Below the pieces are notes generated by a model. It saw only the letters and a program-made list of their open reading frames with translations, did no database searches and was not told the DNA's origin. Both the position numbers and the translations under genes were made by a program. DNA of 64,000 nucleotides from Spirochaetota bacterium (GTDB lineage Bacteria > Spirochaetota > UBA4802 > UBA5550). Below, piece after piece: positions 52,799 through 62,700 of the stretch (positions are counted from its first letter, which is position 1; each line of letters opens with the position of its first letter). The DNA lies in contig OY760686.1 in the NCBI GenBank assembly GCA_963663865.1, positions 1,024,001-1,088,000 on the forward strand, given 5' to 3'.

Positions 52799-55144
52799 AT
52801 GAAAAAATTTCTGTCTTTATTTTTACTCCTGCTTGCTGTAATGGGTTTTGGTATGACCTTTACGGCATGCAGCGATGACGACGGTGATAAGGAAGCTGAA
52901 GAGATTAAGAGCAGCGATCTCCCGTGTCAGGACACCGACAGCCTTTACTGTGTCGGCGGCAAGATTGTTATTCCAGAGGTCCAGATTGCTGAGGGCTCAG
53001 GAAAGACAATTATTGAGGTTGCAGCTGCTGCTGAAGACGGCACGGCATATACCCTCAAGTTCAGGGACCTGAACGGAAACGGAGCTGTTGACCCCTATGA
53101 GGACTGGAGACTGTCTGTTGAAGACCGTACAAACGATCTGCTTTCCAAAATGACCAAGGAGCAAAAGGCCGGTCTTCTCTATGAGAGCGGCTTCTCCGGC
53201 AGAATAAGCGATGGATCACTTACTGACTCGGTCAAGGAAGGCATGGTTACTTCACAGGTTCGAGTAGCGCTTTTTAGAAATCCAGGTGCAGGCTATACCG
53301 CTGAGCAAATGACTACTTACATCAACGATGTTCAGGCTTATGTCGAGTCTCAGCCTCTTGGTATTCCTTTCGTGTTCTGCTGTGACCCATCAACAGGAAC
53401 TGGGCTTAATACAGCGGGTGCTGCTTACGAAAAAAAGAACTCTATGGAGCCTATGGGTGACTGGCCGTATAGTCTCGGGCTCTCGTCACTTTCAGATGCT
53501 GAAGTTGTAAAGGAAATTGGAGATATGCATGCGGAAGAGTACAAGGCATGCGGTTTCAGGATGCTTCTCGGCCCGATGTGCGATCCTCTTGGGGACCCAA
53601 GATGGGCGCGTTCCTATGACACCTTTGGTACAGATCCTGAAAAAGCCGGCGAGTTCGCCAAAGCCTATATTCAGGGGCTTCAGCAGGTTGACGATGGTTC
53701 AGGAAACGCTCTTGTTCCCGGTATTGCCGCTACGCTTAAGCACTTCCCCGGCGCCGGAACAAACATGGGAGGTATGGACAGCCACAGAGAACAGGGCAGG
53801 TACGCTCTTTTCAAAGGCGATAACTTTGATGCGTCAAAAGAGGCCTTCAAAACAGCCTTTGAAGCAGGCCCACTTTGTGTTATGCCATGCTACAGCATCT
53901 ACATGACAAACTGGAACCCGACAACAAGGACCTTCGATACAGAGTTTGAAGAAGTTGGTTCCAGCTATGAGATGACCCTTATGTGGGACATTCTGAGAGA
54001 AGAGTGCGGATGGGACGGAATGGTTACGTCTGACTGGGGTGTTCTTGGTGGTTCTGCCTATGGACTTCTAATGTCAGACTTTGGCGTAACAACCCTTGCA
54101 GCTGATACAGATTTATCAGATCCTTCATATACCCCACCTGCAGACCTTCCTGATGGTGTGCCTGCATTTGCAGATTGGACTATCGAAGCAAGATCGGGTT
54201 GGGGAGGAACTACGTATGTTGCCGTTGAGCATGAGAGTTACCTCATTTACAAGTATCTTCAGGCTGGCGGACATCAGGTTGGAAACGGAAGCTACACTAT
54301 GTGGTTGAATGCCGTAGATAATAATTTCCTTGCTGAGTCTGATCTCGACTACCCTGCTGGAAAAGTTCTTGAGATGATGTTCAAACTTGGGGTCTTCGAG
54401 AATCCTTACAGGGATGCTTCAGTAGCTAACGCTGTTAGAGATGCAAATCTCGACAGGGCGAAGGAAATAATGAAAGAAACTACGGTTCTTGTTAAGAATG
54501 CGGGAGACGTACTTCCTCTTTCAGCGACGTCTGGAACTGTATATTTCGATGGTATCGACGATGGCGTTGTTGATGATTTTGCAAATACAACTACGACTGA
54601 CATGACACAGGCGGACTACATTATTCTGAGAGTTACCGGGCGTCATGGGAATTACTCAGGCCTCGCTGGCGGAGTGCCGATATCCTTCCAGGCAAATGTT
54701 TACTCATACAACTACGATGAGTGGAGACATTACACCGAAGCCGAGAATGAAGCTTCAAAAGATCCAGCAGACCCAGAGGACATTGGAGATTATGTTGTAA
54801 ATGACTCAAGTCGGGCTAATTCAATAGCACAGGCTGACAAGATTAAAGCTGCCATTGCTGCGAAGAAAGAGGGAGCAAAGCTCATCCTCTGCGTATTCGC
54901 TCCAAGGCCATTCCTCTTCGATGCTGACATCGATGTAACAAAAATTGATGCCCTTCTCGTTGAGTTCGGAATCTACGATGAGCAGCTTCTTGAGGTGATT
55001 TACTCAACTGACGGCTTCGAGCCTTCCGCAGTGCTTCCGTTCTGTATTCCGGCAAGCGATGCCGACGTAGAAGCCGCTTACGAGGACTTGTACAACGACG
55101 AGGCTAACAAGCTCTTTGACGAAGGAACAAGCCTTTCTTACTAA
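52799..55144 (+). CDS. GH3 beta-glucosidase-like lipoprotein
   Basis: Lipobox FTAC; DLNGNG..DPYEDWR, PRWAR..TFG, KHFPG, MPCYS, VTSDW nucleophile. Confidence 0.88.
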   Translation: MKKFLSLFLLLLAVMGFGMTFTACSDDDGDKEAEEIKSSDLPCQDTDSLYCVGGKIVIPEVQIAEGSGKTIIEVAAAAEDGTAYTLKFRDLNGNGAVDPYEDWRLSVEDRTNDLLSKMTKEQKAGLLYESGFSGRISDGSLTDSVKEGMVTSQVRVALFRNPGAGYTAEQMTTYINDVQAYVESQPLGIPFVFCCDPSTGTGLNTAGAAYEKKNSMEPMGDWPYSLGLSSLSDAEVVKEIGDMHAEEYKACGFRMLLGPMCDPLGDPRWARSYDTFGTDPEKAGEFAKAYIQGLQQVDDGSGNALVPGIAATLKHFPGAGTNMGGMDSHREQGRYALFKGDNFDASKEAFKTAFEAGPLCVMPCYSIYMTNWNPTTRTFDTEFEEVGSSYEMTLMWDILREECGWDGMVTSDWGVLGGSAYGLLMSDFGVTTLAADTDLSDPSYTPPADLPDGVPAFADWTIEARSGWGGTTYVAVEHESYLIYKYLQAGGHQVGNGSYTMWLNAVDNNFLAESDLDYPAGKVLEMMFKLGVFENPYRDASVANAVRDANLDRAKEIMKETTVLVKNAGDVLPLSATSGTVYFDGIDDGVVDDFANTTTTDMTQADYIILRVTGRHGNYSGLAGGVPISFQANVYSYNYDEWRHYTEAENEASKDPADPEDIGDYVVNDSSRANSIAQADKIKAAIAAKKEGAKLILCVFAPRPFLFDADIDVTKIDALLVEFGIYDEQLLEVIYSTDGFEPSAVLPFCIPASDADVEAAYEDLYNDEANKLFDEGTSLSY

Positions 55145-55172
55145 TCTTTCTGGATTAGCAACTGAGTTTTTT

Positions 55173-55203
55173 AAAGGGGGCGCCGTGAGGCGTCCTCTTT
55201 TTT
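55173..55203 (+). terminator. Intrinsic terminator
   Basis: AAAGGGGGCGCC-gtga-GGCGTCCTCTTT followed by a T-tract. Confidence 0.75.
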
Positions 55204-55337
55204 CGGCAAACACAAAAAATAAACACTGGTTGATTTGATGAAAACTGTAAAATAAACGAATTATTTATTATCGAAATTTTAAAACCTGCCGACAAGGGAA
55301 ACAGTAGTAGTGAGTTTCCAGGGAAGGAGGTTTTGAA

Positions 55338-55619
55338 ATGGAAGTCAAATTTAACTACATATTCTCCAACACGCAGGAGCATGGTTCAGCGAGGCAGCCG
55401 GCCTTCGAAACCGCCGGAACCGGGAATCAGGAAGAGTCAAAGGAACAAAGAATAAACAGCTTTGATGAAGCTCCGAAAAAAGGTTATTCCAGGGCGGCAG
55501 AAGAGGCAATGATGGATCTAAAAGAGGTGCAGAGCTTTCTTTACATGTTGATTGGATCTGAAATTAAAGTCAGTGACACATCGCAATCGTCAGGAAGCGC
55601 GTTTGACATGAGCGCATAA
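55338..55619 (+). CDS. Hypothetical protein
   Basis: AAGGAGG RBS; followed by hairpin ATCGGCGGG-aaaa-CCCGCCGAT (55630-55651). Confidence 0.7.
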   Translation: MEVKFNYIFSNTQEHGSARQPAFETAGTGNQEESKEQRINSFDEAPKKGYSRAAEEAMMDLKEVQSFLYMLIGSEIKVSDTSQSSGSAFDMSA

Positions 55620-56024
55620 ATCCTGAAAGATCGGCGGGAAAACCCGCCGATTTCCCGCAAAACAATTCTACAAAAATATATTTTTATCTATTTAAATAGT
55701 GCTAAATATCTGAAAAATTCTTGACCTGTTTTTTTAGCGGAATAGAATTTGCACACACACATGTAATTATCCAGTTATTCTGCCGGATGAGAGGTTGTCT
55801 GTTACTTTGTCAAGACCACGCTGAAAGTTGTCGATATATTCCATGACAAGTCACAATGGCCGGCGGTATTGACAGTGAGCAGGGAATTACAGGAAAGAGC
55901 AGACGAGATTATCAGGGAGCTGGAAGATGCTCTGGTCCCTCTCAAAGAGGAAATCAGGCGCCTTAAAGGAATAAATTCAGGACGTGCAGTTTAATAGTTT
56001 GATAAAAGATAATGAGGTATAGGG

Positions 56025-56642
56025 ATGCCGCCCAAGGGAGAACGCAGGAAACAGCAGATTATTGATACCGCCAAGGCGATGTTTATAGAAAAGGGCTTTC
56101 AGAGCACCCATATCGGACAGGTATGCGAGGAGCTTGATATTGCCAGAGGCACTGTTTACCAGTATTTCAGCAACAAGAAGGAGATTTTATACGCCCTTCT
56201 GAATTCAGTAATTGAGCAGATTGAGGACATACTCGACCAGGATGATCTTGATGATTTTCTAAAAGATAACTCCAATGATGCCGACGTCGAAAAGTTCATT
56301 ACTGACCGCATAATTGAAAGCATCAGGGTCATTCTTAGCGAACCTATTGTTATCAAGCTTATATTCAAGGAAATTGCCGGAATAGATGAGGAAGTCACAG
56401 AGACTGTAAACAACTCGATCGAAAAGATCAGATCAGTAATAGCCGAGGAGATTTCAAAGCTGATTGAAATGAAGGTATTCAGCAGTCAGATAGATTCAGA
56501 GATTACAGCATCTATGCTTATTGGAGGTATTATGCTTCTTGTTTATGAGTATGATAAAAAGAACAAGGACATCCTGAACGATAGTGTTGTTTCCTCAATA
56601 GTAGAAAACTATCTTAACGGAGCTTTCAGCAAGCTTTCCTGA
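56025..56642 (+). CDS. TetR-family regulator
   Basis: QIIDTA..MF..KGF..T, ARGTVYQYFSNKKEI. Confidence 0.92.
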   Translation: MPPKGERRKQQIIDTAKAMFIEKGFQSTHIGQVCEELDIARGTVYQYFSNKKEILYALLNSVIEQIEDILDQDDLDDFLKDNSNDADVEKFITDRIIESIRVILSEPIVIKLIFKEIAGIDEEVTETVNNSIEKIRSVIAEEISKLIEMKVFSSQIDSEITASMLIGGIMLLVYEYDKKNKDILNDSVVSSIVENYLNGAFSKLS

Positions 56643-56675
56643 ATATCCATCCAGAGTAATACATGTGATTATTGA

Positions 56676-58013
56676 ATGAAACTCTTTTCCCTTCTCATAG
56701 CTTTGCTGACTCTGTTGCCCTTTTCAACAGCGGTTTTTGCGGCGGATCATCCGGTTTCTCAGGGTACTGTCAGTGCGGAGGAGTCGATCTTCCAGGGCAT
56801 TGTGTCTCCGGAAGATTCAGTCCGCCATCAGAGCATGTCTGCTATCCGCACAGGAAGGTATCCCACGATAGCTGTCAGGGTGGCAGAGGCTTTGCTTAAC
56901 TCTAAGGAGAGTTCTAATCAGGAGCTGTACCTGCAGGCATTGAGCGCCTTTCCCGGTGATTCAGGAACTGAGGCGTGGATTACTGTTCTGAAGAAGTCAG
57001 AGTCATTTATTCTAAAGCAGAAAGCCATTGAGGTGCTGGGCGGGGCGAATGACAGAAGGGCCGTTGTTGTCATTGCCGGTGAACTGAACAGCCGTTTTCG
57101 ATCAGTCAGATATGCCGCTGCCAGGGCGCTGAGCAGCGGCAGGGATGACAGGGTCTATCCCTTTGTGCTTGGACTTGCTGAAGATAAAAGCCCGGTCAAG
57201 AGAATATACGCCCTGGAAGCCCTGAATGAACTCTATGACGACCGCTTTTATCCTGTTCTCAATGCCCTTCTGAACGATTCAAACAAATCAGTCCGAATCT
57301 ATTCCGCTGAATGTGTACGAAAAAACAATGTTGAAAACGCTTTCCCTGTTTTAAGGAAAATGGCTTCATCCGACCCTGACAAAGAGGCAAGGTCTGCTGC
57401 CATAAACACCCTGGGAACTCTAAGGGATTCGGGGGCTCTTTATGTACTTCTGAACTGTCTTGATGAAGCCGACCGTGATGTGAGGTATGCTGCGGTTGAG
57501 GCGCTCTACTCGCTCTCTTCATCAGGGTCATTGAGCCGGGTGACAAACAGGCTTGTAAAAGAGGATGACTCTGAGATCAGATATATACTTCTCGGTATAA
57601 TACTGAAAATTGGCAGGCCGGGCTTTAATTCGGGAGTTTACCACGTGTTGAAAAACGATCCTGAATTCAGGTTGAGAGAGCGCGCGGCCTACATAGCTGG
57701 AGAGGTGAGTGAGGCAAGAGGTGTTTATCATCTCAGGGATGCCTTAAAGGACAGGGATTACCGCGTAAGGGCGGAAGCTGCTCACTCTCTCGGTCGCTTT
57801 TCGAGGTCTGAGGCGGCTGTCTCGGCTCTTCTTGAGGCTTTGAGGGATGACAGCGTAAGGTATGTCAGATCTTCGGCGCTTTTCGCGCTGATGGATATCG
57901 ACAATAAGAAGACTATACCGGGTATATTCGAGGTATACAGAAAAGAGAAGGACCCGGTTTTTAGAATGGTTCTGGCAGAAGCTCTTGCTTCGATGCTTAA
58001 AAAACACATCTAA
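56676..58013 (+). CDS. Exported HEAT-repeat protein
   Basis: Signal peptide; repeated L.D.D..VR..AA.ALG units. Confidence 0.85.
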   Translation: MKLFSLLIALLTLLPFSTAVFAADHPVSQGTVSAEESIFQGIVSPEDSVRHQSMSAIRTGRYPTIAVRVAEALLNSKESSNQELYLQALSAFPGDSGTEAWITVLKKSESFILKQKAIEVLGGANDRRAVVVIAGELNSRFRSVRYAAARALSSGRDDRVYPFVLGLAEDKSPVKRIYALEALNELYDDRFYPVLNALLNDSNKSVRIYSAECVRKNNVENAFPVLRKMASSDPDKEARSAAINTLGTLRDSGALYVLLNCLDEADRDVRYAAVEALYSLSSSGSLSRVTNRLVKEDDSEIRYILLGIILKIGRPGFNSGVYHVLKNDPEFRLRERAAYIAGEVSEARGVYHLRDALKDRDYRVRAEAAHSLGRFSRSEAAVSALLEALRDDSVRYVRSSALFALMDIDNKKTIPGIFEVYRKEKDPVFRMVLAEALASMLKKHI

Positions 58014-59035
58014 TCTGACAAAAAAAGAGCAACAAGGTCAAGCAGGGGGTTGGAAGCAAGTGAAACCGTTCGCCCGCTGCTTTTTCTCAGCCAGTCGGTT
58101 TTTACCGTGCCAGAATAGAGCTGCTGGACTTTTTCGGGAGGAAAGGAGCGCGTGTGTCTGAGAAAGTTATTAGCGTTACGCGGAAATATTCCGGATTTAC
58201 TTACCGCTTCATCTATGGTCATGCCCTGCGATGTGAGCTTGAAATACGACTCAATCTTTTCAAGGTGTTTTATAATTTCAAAGATGATTCTGCCTTCACT
58301 GGTTCCATCGTCGAGTACCCGTTTGAGAAGTACCGGAGCCCCGGGATTTCTTCGGAAAAGCGCTTCAATAAAATCGTAAACAGAGGTACCTCCGTTGTCA
58401 TTGAGAAGGTCTTTTAAGATTTCAGGAGTGATTTCTTTAGAGGCTCCGTAGAATTTAACCATTTCGATAGTGTCGTCAATTTTTTTTATGTCCCTTCCGG
58501 TTCTATCCAGGAGAATCGACATGGCTTTATCAGTAAATCGGAGACCCGCTTTTGAGGCAGCAATGTTTACATAGTTGACTGTGTCGTTTTCAAAATGCTT
58601 CCAAAACTGAACAGTCTTGATGATGTGTGCTAAATCAGATGGAATAATAGAAGGCACCCTGTTTTCCGTAGAGGTCATAACCAGACAGGTGCCGTCCGGC
58701 AGGCCTTCGATGACATCTCTGAGAGTGGATTGATGCTGTTTCCCGGAGGGTGATGATTCAAAGCCCCTCATGAGACAGAGTTTTTTATATGAAAACATTG
58801 ACTGCAGCATAGTAAAAGCCGCGGCGTCCATCAGCTCTCCGTTGTTTATGTGAAAATTGCCTGTTGAGTTTTTCCTTTCGCCTTCTGTTCCGAAAAGTAT
58901 ATCACCGATAAGCTTTATGGCCTTATCCTTTTCTCCCTCTTCTTCGCCCAGGAAAAGATATGCGGTGGAGAGTTTTTTTGCTCCAAGCTCCTGGAACAGG
59001 GCTTTGGAATTAATCGGTTTTGATGCAGCAGCCAT
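58010..59035 (-). CDS. holA: DNA polymerase III delta subunit
   Basis: YLFLGEE, SMFS.KK, size and position downstream of an lptE-like gene. Confidence 0.8.
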   Translation of the reverse strand: MAAASKPINSKALFQELGAKKLSTAYLFLGEEEGEKDKAIKLIGDILFGTEGERKNSTGNFHINNGELMDAAAFTMLQSMFSYKKLCLMRGFESSPSGKQHQSTLRDVIEGLPDGTCLVMTSTENRVPSIIPSDLAHIIKTVQFWKHFENDTVNYVNIAASKAGLRFTDKAMSILLDRTGRDIKKIDDTIEMVKFYGASKEITPEILKDLLNDNGGTSVYDFIEALFRRNPGAPVLLKRVLDDGTSEGRIIFEIIKHLEKIESYFKLTSQGMTIDEAVSKSGIFPRNANNFLRHTRSFPPEKVQQLYSGTVKTDWLRKSSGRTVSLASNPLLDLVALFLSD

Positions 59036-59616
59036 TATCTCCTCTTTTCAATATCTGTCAGATGTTCGGTGTACCACCCGCTTTTAATCTTTGAATAAAG
59101 GCGGTCAGCGAGGAGTGAGACCACTTCTTCGGCAGTCTGTGCCTGCGTTCTTATGGGGAAGGTGATTTCGGAAAATTCCAGAAAGGCCTGTATGCCATTT
59201 TCTCTGAATATCAACCTGTTCCGTCGGCAGTCATTCATCGCTGAGGACACTGTAATCCTGAGCCGCTGTCTGTCAAGTCTGCCATTTCTGTCAAAGGTCA
59301 GGGGCTGAACACTGTAAGATGTGATAGCTATTTCAATCAGCAGGTCGGCGCCTGCCTCGCTTTCGATAACAGATAGCCTGCCTTCTCTGGAGATAAGGCG
59401 ACCGAGTCTGTTTCTAAGGAGGCTTTCTCCCTGCCGGAATGATGTTTTGTTGTGTATGGGGGCAATGAAAATTCTGTTCGCATCCTGCGGAAGCACTGGA
59501 ACGCCGTTGAAGCCCTGAAAAAGGGCGGGGCTCTCCGCGCTGTTAGTCGTAGAGGTACAACCGGCCAGTGATGTTATGATAAAAACTAAAATGCTGTAAT
59601 TCAGAATAATCTTCAT
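59035..59616 (-). CDS. lptE: LptE-like lipoprotein
   Basis: Lipobox LAGC; IFIAPI.NKT, ADL.I; conserved lptE-holA synteny. Confidence 0.7.
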   Translation of the reverse strand: MKIILNYSILVFIITSLAGCTSTTNSAESPALFQGFNGVPVLPQDANRIFIAPIHNKTSFRQGESLLRNRLGRLISREGRLSVIESEAGADLLIEIAITSYSVQPLTFDRNGRLDRQRLRITVSSAMNDCRRNRLIFRENGIQAFLEFSEITFPIRTQAQTAEEVVSLLADRLYSKIKSGWYTEHLTDIEKRR

Positions 59617-59758
59617 TATTGGTATAGGCCCGGATTGATGAGTTGCATTATACTGAGCTTTTTTAGCACATAAACCGACATTTTCTGCGATTTGAATTAT
59701 TGCAGAAATCAATGACGGAGCTTTATGGAATACTGATTACCTGGAAAACCATAAAATA

Positions 59759-62700
59759 CTAAATCAAGCGTACGGTTTCTGTCAAACCATAAATGGAATT
59801 TATATATTCGGTTGCCGGACGGTCCCAATAGTAGGCCGACTCTTCGGCATTTGCGTATGCCTGTGCTATCTGTTTCTCAGAGGAAGTTGTAAGGAACTTA
59901 ACAGCTCTGTGCATGGCATCGTAGAAGGCCCAGGAGTGGTAATCGGAAAACAGAAAACCGTTGCCTTTAATATATGCTCCCTCCTGGCGAATCGGGTCAA
60001 CTGTGTCCTTGAGGCCCCCTGTAGCTCTCGCAACAACAAGACAGCCCGCGGCGAAGGCCTCAAGCTGCGAGATGCCGCCGGGTTCATGCATTGAAGGCAT
60101 TAGAAACAGATCGGATGACATCAGCGGGACACAGATGTCCTGAAAGCCTATTGAGACGCTGACTGATTTTGGATAGTAGCCGCCGAGCATATAAAGGCCA
60201 CGGGCAATTTCTTCGCCTCTTCCGTCTCCGGAAGACGGAGCTCCGCCGATGATACCCTGCAGGTTTAGATTTTTGAAAATACCCTCAGACGCTTCAAGAA
60301 GCAGCTGAAAGCCCTTTTGTTCGGAAACTCGGTGAATCATCGTAAACATGATAATGTCAGGGTCGACCGTAAGACCGCGTTCGCATTGCAGCAGCATTTT
60401 GTTCCGAATACGGGATACTTTGCGCCTTCGGGCGGGGTCAGCAACTCTGTCAGGATGATTGGGGCCCTGCAGTATTTCAGGGTAGTGGCCTCTGATTTTA
60501 TCCAGCAGAAGTGGCGATGATTTTATCTCCCGTATGAGATTAGAGTAATTTTTCTCAATAAAGCCTGACTTGTTGAACTGATCCTGAAGCCTTGATTTGA
60601 AATCCTCTCCAATCGCGTTGCTAATTCCAATAACCTCATTCAGGATGCTCTCAAGGCCGTCGCAGGCGAACTCAATCTGTTTCGCGTATGACGGGCTGAC
60701 CGTTATTACTTTGTCAGAGAACCTTATTCCCGCGGCCATACAGTTGATTCTGTCATTGTGATGAGGGTCGGTGAAATCGTTGTATCTCCACGAAGGGAGG
60801 TTGAACAGATTGAAAAGATCAAAGCCGTTTTCATACCGATGGTATGAGTCAAAGTACTGCCATCCTCCGTTGTGAACTATATGAAGAAACTTGTTATGTT
60901 TGAAAGCCCTGCTGCCGCTATAGTAGGAATCGCTCCTCACTATTCCATTAAAAATACCTGCATAGGCATCGTTTGTGAAAGTGAAGTAGGGATTCAGGCC
61001 GAAGAGTACGATAACCTCTGCGCATGCTCTTGAGAATGCGATGCGTCTTCTCATTTTTTCTGACGAGGTTATTCCCCAATACAGCCCGTCGAAAAATTCA
61101 TAGTGATCAAGCAGAAAGTAGTGCACGCCGTCAACAATTCCGTAGTGGACACCCGCCGTATATTCTTCATCCATGATGTAAAACTTTACATTTTTACCTG
61201 TGTATGTAATCTGGTATTTCTCTATTGAGTTCTGCATTTTTCGATTTGAGTTATCAGTCCCAAAGCGGTAGAGCGCTGTTATCACATAGACATTTTCACC
61301 CAATTGGGCCATTTTTCTCGGGAGCTCGTAAACAACATTTGCAAGGCCTCCGCTTTTGGAGAATGGATCCGCCTCTGCAGACATGAAAACAATATTACCA
61401 CGCCTGTTCTCTCTAACAAGATAAGAGGCGATTTCCCGCATCAGATTGTTGCCGGAATTTTCCATATTGTCTTTGTAGTGTTTCAAAACATCAGTGCTGA
61501 TTATTTTGCGACGAAACATATAATAAACAGCACGCTTGATTCCAAGTTTAAGCAATTCACGATGTTTCTCTTTAAATTGCGGGGATAGAGTTTCTGTGAT
61601 AAAATGCTCAATTACTTCATAGCTTTCACATGCTTTACATATTTCATAAAAAGCGAAATTTGATTCTATCTTGTCAGTATCTGAGAGCTCGCAGAGCCTG
61701 TAAAATGAATCAGTAAGAATGGAAAGATAGTTTTCATCAAACTTTGTCCTTTTCATCCTGAAGAGCTTAACTCTGTCAGTAAACGATACTACCGTGTTAA
61801 GCTTTGATGCCTTGAGCTCTTTTCCGGTATAATAACCGTATCTTCCGGTTGTTTTTGAGTAGACAGTATCTTCAAGGATGTAGCAGTCATCATCGTTGAT
61901 TGGAAGAGATGGATTGTCAAACTGAAGCGTAATATTCTGAGTCGATTCCGAAAAGTTAAACGCGCCAATGTAAACGTCGTTTCGGCAGAACTTCATCGCG
62001 GCGGCTACCATGTTGTTGCCGGCCCATATCATGTAGCCTTTTCCGCGGGCAGTTCTGTGGAATTTATACCATGTCCTGTAGAACGGGTCGACGCTTCTAT
62101 GAGCGGCATACTCGAACTGGTTCCAGTTGACATATATGTTGTCGAGGTAAACCTTCCAGCTTTCGCCTTCAGCGGAACCCTCATAGTCCATTATTATATT
62201 GCTCATGAATGATGTTAGGCCGATACATGCTCTCAGTCCTCTCAGGCCGAAGGTGTTAAGGGCGCGCCTTTCATCGTGATTTCCGAATATGCCAAGGAAT
62301 TCGGCTCCAGGAGGCAGTACTGACGGGAAGTAGTTGTCAAAGAGATGATATATCTCGCGGACATCTGTTTTGCCGTGCACAATGTTTTCACATATCTTGA
62401 AGAGGGACGAGTTGTAAGGAATTAGGCCGCTTCGCGTCAGATATTTCTCGTGGCCCCAGTAGCATTCCGCAATATTTATAAAAAAGTTTTTCTTTTTGTC
62501 GCGCAGCTTTCGTTCTATTCCCTGCATCATGTATTGATGGAATGGAACGGCAATCCTTTCGCGGCACTCGCTGTCATAGTAGCCGGTAGTCAGGTAATGC
62601 CCGTATTCCCTGTCGTTGACTATTATTGTGCCCTCGACCATATCGTCAATACTGCGTTTGTGGCTGTAGTGTTTGAGTGTGTTGTTCTTCTTCATCATTA

